Shown here piece by piece: positions 49,520 through 59,476 of a DNA stretch of 64,000 nt (positions within the stretch are counted from its first letter, which is position 1; each line of letters begins with the position of its first letter). This DNA is from a virus. The DNA lies in the IMG/VR virus record IMGVR_UViG_3300024255_001088, one strand, 5' to 3'. Both the position numbers and the translations under genes were made by a program. The notes under the pieces are model-generated. The model was given only the letters and a program-made list of their open reading frames with translations, made no database searches and was not told where the DNA came from.

Positions 49520-50464
49520 ATGAATACAAATGAATTTTTATATGTAGAAAAGTATCGTCCTACTATCATTGACGATACTATACTACCAAAAGGCGTCAAG
49601 AAAACATTCAAAGAGTTTGTTTCCAATAACGAAATACCAAATCTGATGCTCTGTGGTTCACAGGGAACAGGCAAAACAACCGTCGCTAAGGCACTCTGTA
49701 ATGAGTTAGGCGCTGATTTCATTGTTATCAATGGCAGTGACGAAGGCCGACTTATCGACACTTTGCGAACTAAAATCAAAAACTTTGCATCTACTGTATC
49801 TCTTGCCGGTGGTCCTAAAGTTGTCATTCTTGATGAGGCAGATTATATATCTGCTGATTCAGTTCAACCGGCATTGAGAAACTTCATAGAAGAGTTCTCA
49901 AGTAATTGTAGATTTATCTTTACATGTAATTACAAGAATAGAATCATTGCACCTCTACATAGTAGATGTACTGTAATCGATTTTTCTATACCTAAGAGTG
50001 AGAAACAAAAACTCGCAATGGGTGGTCTTGATAGATTAAAATCTATATGTGACAATGAGGGTATCAAGTATGATGAAAAGGTATTAGTAGAACTTATACT
50101 AAAGTTCTTTCCAGATTTCAGACGATGCATTAATGAAGTACAACGATATGGTGCAAGTGGTGTAATCGATAGTGGTCTACTAGCGACATTATCAGAAGAA
50201 AAACTTACACCTCTCATTGATATGATTGAAAAGAAAAACTGGACTGCCATGAGAAAATGGGTTGCTCAGAATTCTGATAATGATTTCAATGGTTTATATC
50301 GTAAAGTTTTCGATGCACTTGAACAAAGATTAGAACCAAGTTCTATACCTGCAGCTGTTTTGTTCATTGCTGATTATCAATACAAGGCTGCATTTGCAAT
50401 GGACTCAGAAATCAACTTCACTGCATGTCTCACCGAGATTATGTCAGAGTGTAGATTCAAATAA
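49520..50464 (+). CDS. gp44: Clamp loader large subunit
   Basis: 'VEKYRP', 'G.GKTT', 'LDEAD', 'SRC'; start placed at ATG 49520. Confidence 0.96.
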   Translation: MNTNEFLYVEKYRPTIIDDTILPKGVKKTFKEFVSNNEIPNLMLCGSQGTGKTTVAKALCNELGADFIVINGSDEGRLIDTLRTKIKNFASTVSLAGGPKVVILDEADYISADSVQPALRNFIEEFSSNCRFIFTCNYKNRIIAPLHSRCTVIDFSIPKSEKQKLAMGGLDRLKSICDNEGIKYDEKVLVELILKFFPDFRRCINEVQRYGASGVIDSGLLATLSEEKLTPLIDMIEKKNWTAMRKWVAQNSDNDFNGLYRKVFDALEQRLEPSSIPAAVLFIADYQYKAAFAMDSEINFTACLTEIMSECRFK

Positions 50465-50646
50465 TGGCAATATCAGATGAAATGAGAGAACAACTTGAAA
50501 TGGTTATCCAATACGGTGACCAAGTAAAGGCAATGTTCAAAGAACAAGATAGCGTTGACTATGAGATTAGTGACTACGATGAACCTATCACACAACTGTT
50601 AGGTCATATGAATGAAGTAATGGAAACCATTGACGGTGGTTGGTAG
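50464..50646 (+). CDS. Hypothetical protein
   Basis: TAATG coupling to gp44. Confidence 0.55.
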   Translation: MAISDEMREQLEMVIQYGDQVKAMFKEQDSVDYEISDYDEPITQLLGHMNEVMETIDGGW

Positions 50647-50762
50647 TGGGTAAACTAAGACAATGGTTAGCAAGATGGTTTGATTACCACTTAGAGAAAA
50701 GTTTACAAAGACAAGCCGATAAAATATGGCGGGAGAGTAGAGACAATGACACAATACAATGA
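50646..50762 (+). CDS. Possible 38-aa protein (not in ORF track)
   Basis: GTG overlaps the previous stop; fills the gap; MGKLRQWLARWFDYHLEKSLQRQADKIW... Confidence 0.4.
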   Translation: MGKLRQWLARWFDYHLEKSLQRQADKIWRESRDNDTIQ

Positions 50763-51006
50763 AACAGTAGAACGACAAAGACTGTTATTAGAAGCAGAGA
50801 AATGGTCAAATGGTGTTAAATCTATTCATGCACATTCTTTTACTTCAATGTGGTACGACAACAGAAACAATGATGGTTCAGTGATGGACATTGAATATAA
50901 CAACGGTGTCGTGCAAAGAACAATAAAGTCAAGTGGTGAGATTATTTACTTTGGTGAAGCTCTCACTGGTCAAGCACTAGTTGACTCTTACATAAGAAAC
51001 ACTTAA
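50746..51006 (+). CDS. Hypothetical protein
   Basis: SD-like GGAG; fills the gap before gp62. Confidence 0.55.
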   Translation: MTQYNETVERQRLLLEAEKWSNGVKSIHAHSFTSMWYDNRNNDGSVMDIEYNNGVVQRTIKSSGEIIYFGEALTGQALVDSYIRNT

Positions 51007-51399
51007 GTGGCAAAACGAAATCCATTCGACTTCGTTAAGTCGGTCTCTTACGACAAAAAAGATATCATGGTTGATGATATCGAAGAGAAAGCATATCAAC
51101 CTTTCCTAATCAATAAGGCATTATCTTACCACCAAGATGCAGTCTTTCTAGTAAACGAGATGAACACCAGACATTCGACTGAGGGTCGTCTTCAATACTT
51201 GTTTTTCATAAATACTCTTAGAAAAAGGCAGAGATTTTCGAAATGGCATAAACCTTACGAGAGTAAGAAATTAGATACAGTGAAGAACGCCTTTGGTGTA
51301 TCCTCACAACGAGCCAAAGAATATCTAGAACTTTTAAATGATAAACAGTATCGTGACTTGAAAGATAGTATGAAAATTGGTGGAAAGAATAATGGATGA
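51007..51399 (+). CDS. gp62: Clamp loader small subunit
   Basis: 'Y.PF.IN.ALS...D', 'EMN', 'RKR.RFSKW'. Confidence 0.92.
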   Translation: MAKRNPFDFVKSVSYDKKDIMVDDIEEKAYQPFLINKALSYHQDAVFLVNEMNTRHSTEGRLQYLFFINTLRKRQRFSKWHKPYESKKLDTVKNAFGVSSQRAKEYLELLNDKQYRDLKDSMKIGGKNNG

Positions 51400-51802
51400 C
51401 ATTTTAGAATCAGTAAAAGATTTAGTAGAAATAACATTTCCTGAAAAGGACGACTTCTTAAAGATAAGAGAAACCTTATCTAGAATTGGCGTAGCGTCAA
51501 GAAAAGAAAAAGAACTTTTTCAGTCATGTCACATACTACACAAAAGGGGCAAGTATTACATTGTCCACTTCAAAGAGTTATTCAAACTCGATGGTAAACA
51601 ATCAAACTTTGACGAATCAGATGTTGCAAGGCGCAACACCATAATCGATTTATTGAGACAATGGAGTCTTGTCAAGGTACTTGACCCAAAGAGAATTGAA
51701 GAACCTAGAGCACCACTTTCTCAGATTAAGGTTATACCTTACAAAGAGAAACAACAGTGGAAACTCACACAAAAGTACTCAATAGGCACTAACATATCAT
51801 AA
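51392..51802 (+). CDS. regA: Translational repressor
   Basis: 'DDFLKIRETL.RIG', 'QSCHILHKRG.YYIVHFKELF'; start placed at ATG 51392. Confidence 0.95.
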   Translation: MDDILESVKDLVEITFPEKDDFLKIRETLSRIGVASRKEKELFQSCHILHKRGKYYIVHFKELFKLDGKQSNFDESDVARRNTIIDLLRQWSLVKVLDPKRIEEPRAPLSQIKVIPYKEKQQWKLTQKYSIGTNIS

Positions 51803-51841
51803 ATACCTCTGTTATAAATCAATTAATAACAGGAGTATTAT

Positions 51842-52015
51842 ATGTTGGAATTTCTTCAATGGATAATTGCTTGGGTACAAGTGTTACCCTGGTTAGTAAT
51901 GGGTGCATCATTAATTGCAGCTCTTACACCTACACCAGTTGATGATGGCATAGTCAAGAAAGCTTACAAAGTACTTGATTGGGTCGCATTAAATGTTGGT
52001 AAAGCAAAGGACTAA
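51842..52015 (+). CDS. Small membrane protein, 57 aa, TPTP.DD type, possible holin (not in ORF track)
   Basis: SD AGGAG; MLEFLQWIIAWVQVLPWLVMGASLIAALTPTPVDDGIVKKAYKVLDWVALNVGKAKD. Confidence 0.7.
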   Translation: MLEFLQWIIAWVQVLPWLVMGASLIAALTPTPVDDGIVKKAYKVLDWVALNVGKAKD

Positions 52016-52034
52016 AAAGTTCTATAAAACCCCC

Positions 52035-52063
52035 TAGACAAATACACGAAACTTCGATATACT
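52035..52063 (+). promoter_or_regulatory. sigma70-like promoter
   Basis: TAGACA-N17-TATACT. Confidence 0.65.
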
Positions 52064-52092
52064 GGAGTCTCATAATTTGATAGGAGTATATT

Positions 52093-52425
52093 ATGGAATA
52101 CGCAATTGCAATTGTAGTGTTATTTGTTATTGTTTACGCTTACCTCAATAGAGATAGTGAAACATCAACAACATCAACGCCGACTCCTGCACCGGTTTCA
52201 AAACCAAAAGCAGTAAAGAAGGCGCCTGTTGTCGATAAAAACAATAACGGTGTTACATCTAAGGCTGAACTTAAGACATTAACTAAAGTTCAACTATTAG
52301 AACTTGCTGATAAAAAATCACTGAAAGTAAAAAGAAGTGGTTCGAAAGCAGCTGTAATTACCGAAATACACTCGCAACTGAAAAATAATAATGATTCTGA
52401 TGGTGATGATACCGAAGAAGAATAA
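52093..52425 (+). CDS. Membrane-anchored protein with Rho-N/HeH-like C-terminal domain
   Basis: N-terminal TM helix, P/T/K linker, 'L..LTK.QL.ELA......K...I'. Confidence 0.6.
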   Translation: MEYAIAIVVLFVIVYAYLNRDSETSTTSTPTPAPVSKPKAVKKAPVVDKNNNGVTSKAELKTLTKVQLLELADKKSLKVKRSGSKAAVITEIHSQLKNNNDSDGDDTEEE

Positions 52426-52448
52426 TTATTAGTCCTACCAGGACACTT

Positions 52449-52476
52449 AAAGGGACTCATTGAGTCCCTTTTTTTT
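52449..52476 (+). terminator. Rho-independent terminator
   Basis: AAAGGGACTC-ATT-GAGTCCCTTTTTTTT. Confidence 0.85.
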
Positions 52477-52511
52477 AGCCCCCATGAAAGTCTATTTGTA
52501 TAAATAACTGT

Positions 52512-52808
52512 ATGGAAGAGATTTTTAATCTAATAGGTGAAGTGGGTGCTCCAATTGCTGGTTCAGTAATCATGGGGTTCTTCATATTCATAGTTATTAA
52601 ACAGATACTTGAGGGTGTAGTTGATTCTATTTCCACACTTACAATGTTCTGTAAATCTTTAGAAAATCGAGCAAGAACAATGTCTAATGAAATGATTAAG
52701 ATAGATTTACTTGTATCAAGTGCTTTAGAACTAAGACCAGACATAGAGCGAATTGCAAGAGCTGAAAACTTCATAGAAGATGATAAGCTCGATGTCAGAA
52801 GAGACTAA
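52512..52808 (+). CDS. Small membrane protein at the head of the curli-like operon
   Basis: 'I.EVG.PIA...MG.FI' TM segment; similar to the next gene. Confidence 0.65.
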   Translation: MEEIFNLIGEVGAPIAGSVIMGFFIFIVIKQILEGVVDSISTLTMFCKSLENRARTMSNEMIKIDLLVSSALELRPDIERIARAENFIEDDKLDVRRD

Positions 52809-53062
52809 TGGACATTGCACAATTAATTTCCGATTTCGGATTTCCCATTGTGATGGCAGTAGGACTCGGTTACTTCATATATTACATTTGGTGGTTTGTA
52901 GGTGAAAAACTAGAACCCGAAATTGAAAAAATGCACTTTCAATTAATTAAAGTAATAGACCAAACAAGAATGTTAGACCAAGATTTGATACGACTACAAC
53001 AAAAAGTAGATGTAGTTTTAGAAATGAAAGAAAACATTAAAAAGAAAGAGGTGAAGAAGTAA
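52808..53062 (+). CDS. Small membrane protein
   Basis: 'I.DFGFPIV.A.G.GYFI' TM segment plus coiled coil. Confidence 0.65.
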   Translation: MDIAQLISDFGFPIVMAVGLGYFIYYIWWFVGEKLEPEIEKMHFQLIKVIDQTRMLDQDLIRLQQKVDVVLEMKENIKKKEVKK

Positions 53063-53542
53063 ATGAAATTATTATTATCATTTTTAGTTATAATTTTCAG
53101 TATGGGTGTTCATGCTGATATAAAACACAAATTTAAGAACCCTAGTTTCAGTGGAATAGGTACAGCATCACATTACCTAACCGTTGAGAACCAAGAGTTC
53201 ACAAGAAAAAAAGAAATAGAAGATGCACTTGAATCTGCTAGAAAGGCAGCTGAAAGGGCAGAAGACAATACAACCATGGCTAAATTTATTCGGAATCTAG
53301 AATCACGAATTTATGCACAAATGGCTAAACAATTAGTTGAGTCTATGTTTTCGAATGACGGTTCAGTTAGATTTGGTTCATTCAGTTTAGAAGGCAATGT
53401 TGTCACATATGAAGTGATAACTAATGAAGATGGTTCAGAATTTATACGAATGACAATTGTTGATTCCGATGGAACAGAAACAATTTTAGAAATACCAATC
53501 GGAACAGGAAACTTTGGGCAAGACTCAGATGGAACTGGTTAA
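53063..53542 (+). CDS. csgF: Curli assembly component CsgF-like
   Basis: Signal peptide then 'FKNPSFSG', 'F...LESRI.AQ', 'T.LEIP'; directly upstream of csgG. Confidence 0.8.
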   Translation: MKLLLSFLVIIFSMGVHADIKHKFKNPSFSGIGTASHYLTVENQEFTRKKEIEDALESARKAAERAEDNTTMAKFIRNLESRIYAQMAKQLVESMFSNDGSVRFGSFSLEGNVVTYEVITNEDGSEFIRMTIVDSDGTETILEIPIGTGNFGQDSDGTG

Positions 53543-54497
53543 ATATTTACTCACCGGCGTAATTTTACTATCTGGATGTGCATCTGTTCCAAAGTGGTCA
53601 GACAACCCAGCAGATTGTGCCTATGAGACAGGAAGATTTGATGAGGGTTTCGGTAGAGATGTTGTCACAGGTGTAGCAAAGGCCTGGTCTAGAAATTACA
53701 TATGTGTAGAGAATGCTACTGTAATTAATCTACCTTCACATTTAGAACTACTGAATTTGCCTAAGGCAAAAGATAGACCTACTGTTGCAGTTTATAACTT
53801 TGTGGACAAAACAGGACAGAGAAAATCAGAAGATAACCTTGCATCATTCTCTACTGCTGTGACACAAGGTGCAACCGAAATGGTTATTGATGCACTTAAA
53901 ACGGCAGGTAAAGGAACATGGTTCAGAGTTGTTGAAAGACATGGCATAGACAACTTGGTAAGAGAGAGACAAATTATTCGTTCTGCTAGACAAGACTTTG
54001 CTAAACAACAAGGCGAAGAGAAGTTTCAAAATTTACAACCCTTACTATTCGCAGGTATGATAATAGAGGGTGGTATAATAGGTTATGATTCCAATTTATT
54101 AACTGGTGGTCGAGGCGCAAGGACCCTAGGAATTGGAGTTAGTAGACAGTATCGTCAAGATGCTGTCACGGTTAGTATGAGAGCTGTTTCAGTTCTAACA
54201 GGCGAAGTATTATTGAATGTCCAAACAAGAAAGACTATCCTTTCTTATGGTTCAGGCGGCGATGTATTCCGATTCATTGAAGAAGGAACACAATTGCTAG
54301 AGTTCGAGGACGGAGTGGGTAATAATGAGTCAGTGACATATGCAGTACGAACAGCTATCGAGGCTGCCGTACTGGAATTAATCTACCAAGGACATGATAG
54401 GGGTTTTTGGAAAATCGAGGAAAATCATAGACACCCACACAATAGTGATGGTGTAAATGATTTACACTCATTAAAAGGAGAAGAAGAAAATGAATAA
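53529..54497 (+). CDS. csgG: Curli secretion channel CsgG-like lipoprotein
   Basis: Lipobox LSGC, 'VAVY.F.DKTGQRK', 'FSTAVTQG', 'WF.VVER....L..ERQIIR', 'EGGIIGYD'. Confidence 0.92.
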   Translation: MELVKYLLTGVILLSGCASVPKWSDNPADCAYETGRFDEGFGRDVVTGVAKAWSRNYICVENATVINLPSHLELLNLPKAKDRPTVAVYNFVDKTGQRKSEDNLASFSTAVTQGATEMVIDALKTAGKGTWFRVVERHGIDNLVRERQIIRSARQDFAKQQGEEKFQNLQPLLFAGMIIEGGIIGYDSNLLTGGRGARTLGIGVSRQYRQDAVTVSMRAVSVLTGEVLLNVQTRKTILSYGSGGDVFRFIEEGTQLLEFEDGVGNNESVTYAVRTAIEAAVLELIYQGHDRGFWKIEENHRHPHNSDGVNDLHSLKGEEENE

Positions 54498-55224
54498 AAT
54501 TTTAAGTATTTTATTACTAATGTCGACACCATTCGTTTTCGCAGCTGCAACTGATGATAATGAGATTATGATTACACAAGTTGGTGATACTCTAAAATTA
54601 TATGTTGACCAAGTTGGTTTTGGTAACAAAGTAGGACTAAACGACTTTTCAAGTGGTTCTGGTTCAAACATGACCATTACTGGTGTGACTTTGGATTTCA
54701 ACATAGATATGATAGGTAACAAGAACTTGTTATTCGGACCTCTCGTTGCCGATACATCTAACTATACTTTATTGATGACTGGTGATTCTAACTCTATTGA
54801 CTGGAACATAGGTTCTACAGGTAGTTCAGACGATTCAGATATCAATTTCAACATGACCGGCGATTCGAATACATTCGATATCGAACAAGGTGCTGTTGCA
54901 AGTGCAGAGAGATTAAATGCGGATTTAGTTCTTGTTGGTAGTAGTAATGTTTTTGATATTGATTGGGAAGCAGATGATGTCACATGGAATTTCGATGTGA
55001 CTGGTTCTAGTTCTAATTTCAACACATTGCAGAAAGATGGTTCACAAACACTTAATTTTGATTTTACAGGAGACAGCGCTGATGTTGATATCACTCAGAT
55101 ATCAGGCACATGTGCAGCTTCTGGTAATGGGTGTGCAACACCTAATGCAAATGTCAATCTTAATGTAAACAGTGACAATGCGATTATTCAGATTACACAA
55201 AAAGATTCAGCTGGCGACAGTTAG
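54490..55224 (+). CDS. Secreted curlin-like beta-solenoid protein
   Basis: Signal peptide; 'N...I.Q.G' and 'G.SN' repeats. Confidence 0.65.
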   Translation: MNKILSILLLMSTPFVFAAATDDNEIMITQVGDTLKLYVDQVGFGNKVGLNDFSSGSGSNMTITGVTLDFNIDMIGNKNLLFGPLVADTSNYTLLMTGDSNSIDWNIGSTGSSDDSDINFNMTGDSNTFDIEQGAVASAERLNADLVLVGSSNVFDIDWEADDVTWNFDVTGSSSNFNTLQKDGSQTLNFDFTGDSADVDITQISGTCAASGNGCATPNANVNLNVNSDNAIIQITQKDSAGDS

Positions 55225-56329
55225 TTTCTTTTTACTATTCGCTAGTGGGGTCAGTTCTGCTGAACCCATTGGCGGTGTAATTGAATCTACAGGTGTCACA
55301 TCTGTAAAAAGAGAGCAGGACAGAATTCTAACAGATGTCGGTACAGACATCAACATGTATGATGAAGCAGAGACTGCCAATGGTCGTATGCTCATACAAT
55401 TTTTAGATAATGAAAAATTGAGTTTAACAGAAAACTCACTCGTTTACATAGACGAGGCATATTACGACCCCGACCCAAGTTTATCCAAAATGTCAATACG
55501 AATGGCACGAGGCACAGCACGATTCGCCTCGGGTGGTGGTTCAAGAATTAAAAAACAAAATGTAGATGTATCTACTCCTACAGCCAATATCACAATGAGA
55601 GGGACAGATTTTACAACCACCATTGATGAGTTGGGAAGGACTATGGTAATCTTACTTCCGGATGAAGAGACAGGTGAATCATCTGGAGAAATACTAGTTT
55701 ATAATGACGGTGGTGAAACCGTTTTAAATCAACCATATCAGGCAACTACTGTTGCATCGTATGATTCACCACCAACTACAGCAGTCACGGTTCAAGGTAT
55801 TACGCCGAATCTGATTGACAATATGTTTATCGTAAATCCACCTTCGGAAATACGACAAGCGATGGAAGAATCCTATCAAGATGAAAATTATGATGACCAG
55901 GGTTTATTAGATGTAGACTTCTTAGAGTTCAATGAACTTGAGGGAGATGCTCTGGCCGATACGACTGAAGATTTATCATTTTCAGAGTTGGACATAGATT
56001 ATTTGGATGTGGATTTTTTACAAGACTTATTAGATGTTATAGAAGAATTAGAGAAAACCACGGTATCGTTAGATTCCAAAGGTGGTTCAAGTACTGAATT
56101 AGCTGGGTTTGCACTTAAAGGTGCATCACCAGGTTTCAACAAAGATTCTCAGTTTAATGTTTTCGAACAAGACGGAGACCTAGTTTTCTTTCGTGATGTC
56201 CAAGGAGTCATAAATATAATTATAACAAGTGGTGGTTCGGGCATTGTAGATGCCGAAGTTCCAGGATACTCAGGTGTCATGACATTTGGAGATGGAGATG
56301 GAATTACAATTGTTATACGACAAGATTAA
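55178..56329 (+). CDS. Secreted FecR-domain protein
   Basis: Signal peptide; 'T.NG...I.F.D...L.L.ENS', 'G.ARF.SG', 'TPTA.I..RGTDF'. Confidence 0.8.
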   Translation: MRLFRLHKKIQLATVSFFLLFASGVSSAEPIGGVIESTGVTSVKREQDRILTDVGTDINMYDEAETANGRMLIQFLDNEKLSLTENSLVYIDEAYYDPDPSLSKMSIRMARGTARFASGGGSRIKKQNVDVSTPTANITMRGTDFTTTIDELGRTMVILLPDEETGESSGEILVYNDGGETVLNQPYQATTVASYDSPPTTAVTVQGITPNLIDNMFIVNPPSEIRQAMEESYQDENYDDQGLLDVDFLEFNELEGDALADTTEDLSFSELDIDYLDVDFLQDLLDVIEELEKTTVSLDSKGGSSTELAGFALKGASPGFNKDSQFNVFEQDGDLVFFRDVQGVINIIITSGGSGIVDAEVPGYSGVMTFGDGDGITIVIRQD

Positions 56330-56339
56330 GGAGAGATTT

Positions 56340-56495
56340 ATGAGCATAAATATTGACTTTACTAAACTAAGACAATGGCATGAAAACCTAACATGGGAAG
56401 TTGCCGACTATTTTGGTTTAGATGAATATGAAATGTTATGGGTGTCATACACCGAGGGATTAATTTTAGGATTATTATTATGGTGGATTTTTTAA
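56340..56495 (+). CDS. Small membrane protein
   Basis: SD GGAG before ATG 56340; hydrophobic C-terminus. Confidence 0.5.
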   Translation: MSINIDFTKLRQWHENLTWEVADYFGLDEYEMLWVSYTEGLILGLLLWWIF

Positions 56496-57142
56496 AAAGA
56501 ACATTTATTGTAGGGGCATTTATTCTGATAAGTGGCCTTACTTTTGCTGACGACAATCATGTCCATGTTGAACAAGTATCTAGTGGAGATAACTTAGATT
56601 TAAACATAACACAAATAGGTTATGATAACGAAGTAAACTTCACTGTATCTCATTCTGGTAATGTATTCAACTTAATTCAAAACGGTAATGGAAACTATAT
56701 TGGTTGGGTATCCTTTTGGGGTTCAGGTAAAGCATGGGGTGGTGATATTGATGGAACAGATAATACTGAAAACATAGAACAATGGAATGGTGCAACATAT
56801 GGCCGTCACATATGGGGAAATAATAATGAAGTAGATGTCTATCAGAATGGTTCACATACTCATTGGTTAGATATACATATAGATGATGCTGACCATAATG
56901 CACATCAATCTGGAACAGGAAGTCATTACGCACATACATATTACTATGGTACTCAAGACGGTTCTGTTGCTAGCATTATGCAGAAAGATACAGGAAGTCA
57001 TAACGCACAAATAACACTTACAGGTAGTCAACCAACAACACTTAATTTATTACAACAAGGCGCAACCAATAAGTCTTACAATCTAACTCAAAATTGTATG
57101 ACTGTTGGAGGGTGTACAGTATCGGTGACTCAAAGTGACTGA
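56480..57142 (+). CDS. Second secreted curlin-like protein
   Basis: Signal peptide; 'Q.G..N' and 'Q.G..SH.A' repeats; start uncertain. Confidence 0.65.
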   Translation: MVDFLKRTFIVGAFILISGLTFADDNHVHVEQVSSGDNLDLNITQIGYDNEVNFTVSHSGNVFNLIQNGNGNYIGWVSFWGSGKAWGGDIDGTDNTENIEQWNGATYGRHIWGNNNEVDVYQNGSHTHWLDIHIDDADHNAHQSGTGSHYAHTYYYGTQDGSVASIMQKDTGSHNAQITLTGSQPTTLNLLQQGATNKSYNLTQNCMTVGGCTVSVTQSD

Positions 57143-57392
57143 ATGTCCACCAGAGTTTAATGAATGTCTCACCGAAGAAGAATACGATGAGATTTTAGAC
57201 ATCTTTGAAGAGAATGAAATCGCAATGCCTGAGGCACTAGGCGATGTAGAAGCTGCATCTGATTTTGTCTGGCAAGTTCTTTTTCTCACACCAATAGAAC
57301 TAGTTTACATAGGTTTTACAATGACTGTTCTCGCTACTTACGGACTGTCTATATACTATATCTATAAAAAAATACAGAAGAAATTTTCATAA
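57135..57392 (+). CDS. Small membrane protein
   Basis: Acidic N-terminus, hydrophobic C-terminus. Confidence 0.55.
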   Translation: MTECPPEFNECLTEEEYDEILDIFEENEIAMPEALGDVEAASDFVWQVLFLTPIELVYIGFTMTVLATYGLSIYYIYKKIQKKFS

Positions 57393-57574
57393 TGAACGAA
57401 GCGAATCCATTTTCAAAAAAATCAAGAGAAAGGACCATCGCAATGGTTAACGAATATCGTAAAAAGAAAAAACAACAGTGGTGGTCAAGTTTCTGGTCAA
57501 CAGTTCTTGCAATTGCACTCATTGGTGTTTGTCTATACATATTCTTTTTTGCGTGGCCTACAATTGAACAGTGA
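57392..57574 (+). CDS. Small membrane protein
   Basis: Basic stretch followed by a TM helix. Confidence 0.55.
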   Translation: MNEANPFSKKSRERTIAMVNEYRKKKKQQWWSSFWSTVLAIALIGVCLYIFFFAWPTIEQ

Positions 57575-57637
57575 TACTCAACAGATATCGAAAGTATCGA
57601 CTTATCGAGTGGAAGAAAGGTAATCTCGTAGATATCT

Positions 57638-59476
57638 ATGTATAGTTGGAAAACAGTTTTAATAACCATAGTCGCCCTTGTGGGTATAAAGATATGGTCA
57701 CCCTATCTAATAGATAATGTTAGATGGTCTTACTTCGATGTTCTACATCAACAAAAAGAAAATGTGATAGTAGATAACATACTACTGGTCAACATAGATG
57801 AAAAGGCAATAGAGAAGTACGGTCAGTATCCTTTTCCTAGAAATGTGTATGCAGATACATTATGGGAAACACATCACTCAAACACTCATGTATTCAATAT
57901 ACTATTCGCAGAAGAAGATAGATTCGGTGGTGATGAAGTCTTTGCAGAGGCACTAGAAAACAGATTAACGATATTATCATCAGCACCAACAATTCAAAAA
58001 GAATCAGGCAACGCACCATTCGTAAACACCTCAGTATTTGGCGATGGTGATATACAAGACCATGTGTGGAATTTTCCAGGTTTAGTATCGCCAATCCCGG
58101 AACTACAAAACAGTGCTTGGGGTATGGGCGTGACAGTTGCCACACCACCTGTGGCGAATACCCCAAATTTTGACGGAACAAACAGAGCGGTTCCGCTAGT
58201 CATCCAGGCAAATGGTCAATTATATCCAAGTTTAGGATTCGAAGTTCTCAGAGCATACTATGACCAACCCAATTATCAAACTAGGGTAACTGCTGATGCA
58301 GGTATTGAATGGGTTAAAATGGGAAGAGACAAACCAATAGAGACCACATCAAGTGCAGACTTGATGATTTCGTATTGGAACGAATTCGAATCTATCTCAT
58401 TTGCAGACTTGCAAGATTCTGATATAGAAGGAAAGATTCTAGTCTATGGACTAACCGCTGAGGGGTTATCTATTCCAGTTTCAACCCCAATGGGTGTAAT
58501 GTATCCTCACGAAGTTCAAGCACACCTAATCCAAACCGTCTCGTCAGGAGTTCAAATACATGTATCCGAGACTCTTGAAATGCTCGAGACTTTTCTTCTT
58601 CTGTTAGTCCTTCTAGGAATACTGGTATCGGTCTACAAACTTCCCACAGCCTTCTCGGCGATAGTCTCTGTAGGGTTCGTTTTACTTCAGGTGGGGTTAA
58701 GTCACTATTTGTGGTTTTACAATCTCGTTCTTTTCGATATCTTCTGGTCATCGTTAAGCTCCGTTGTTGTTTTCGGACACGCTTCTTTTAACCAATACTA
58801 TACTACTTACCAACTCAAAGAACAAATTAAGAAGCAGTTCCAAAAGTATTTATCTCCTGACATGATTGAAGAACTACAAAAAGACCCAAGTAAACTTAGA
58901 CTTGGCGGAGATAGAAGAGAGATGACTTTCATGTTTATGGACATAATCGGATTCACTCCCATAAGCGAACACTATATGCAGAAAGATGATCCAGAAGGTT
59001 TAGTAGAACTCATTAATAAGTTTTTAGATATGCAAACTAAAATCATACTAAATAATAGTGGAACCATAGATAAGTATATGGGGGATTGCATAATGAGTTT
59101 TTGGAATGCACCACTTGATTGTGAAAACCACGCAGACCTTGCCGTAAAGTCAGCACTAGAAGTTTTAGATGCTACAAAGGAATTAAATGAAGAACTTAAA
59201 CCTCTTAACCTGCCTCCTATTAATGTGGGCATCGGTATCAGTTCAGGCGAATGTATTGTCGGAAACATGGGTTCCGAACTTAGATTCGACTATTCCGTCA
59301 TCGGAGATGCCGTCAACTTGGGCGCTAGACTCGAAGGACAAACAAGAAATTATAATGGGGTTGACTTGTTGTTATCGGAAAGAACTTATCAACTATGTCC
59401 AGACAGAGCATTCACTAGAGTTGATAGAATTACAGTTAAAGGAAAATCAGAACAGGTTACAATTTACACTTGTTGA
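57638..59476 (+). CDS. CHASE2-domain class III adenylate cyclase
   Basis: CHASE2 ('IDEK....YGQYPFPR', 'F.E.DR'), three TM helices, 'FMDIIGFT', 'IDKYMGDCIM', 'DYSVIGDAVNLGARLE'. Confidence 0.92.
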   Translation: MYSWKTVLITIVALVGIKIWSPYLIDNVRWSYFDVLHQQKENVIVDNILLVNIDEKAIEKYGQYPFPRNVYADTLWETHHSNTHVFNILFAEEDRFGGDEVFAEALENRLTILSSAPTIQKESGNAPFVNTSVFGDGDIQDHVWNFPGLVSPIPELQNSAWGMGVTVATPPVANTPNFDGTNRAVPLVIQANGQLYPSLGFEVLRAYYDQPNYQTRVTADAGIEWVKMGRDKPIETTSSADLMISYWNEFESISFADLQDSDIEGKILVYGLTAEGLSIPVSTPMGVMYPHEVQAHLIQTVSSGVQIHVSETLEMLETFLLLLVLLGILVSVYKLPTAFSAIVSVGFVLLQVGLSHYLWFYNLVLFDIFWSSLSSVVVFGHASFNQYYTTYQLKEQIKKQFQKYLSPDMIEELQKDPSKLRLGGDRREMTFMFMDIIGFTPISEHYMQKDDPEGLVELINKFLDMQTKIILNNSGTIDKYMGDCIMSFWNAPLDCENHADLAVKSALEVLDATKELNEELKPLNLPPINVGIGISSGECIVGNMGSELRFDYSVIGDAVNLGARLEGQTRNYNGVDLLLSERTYQLCPDRAFTRVDRITVKGKSEQVTIYTC

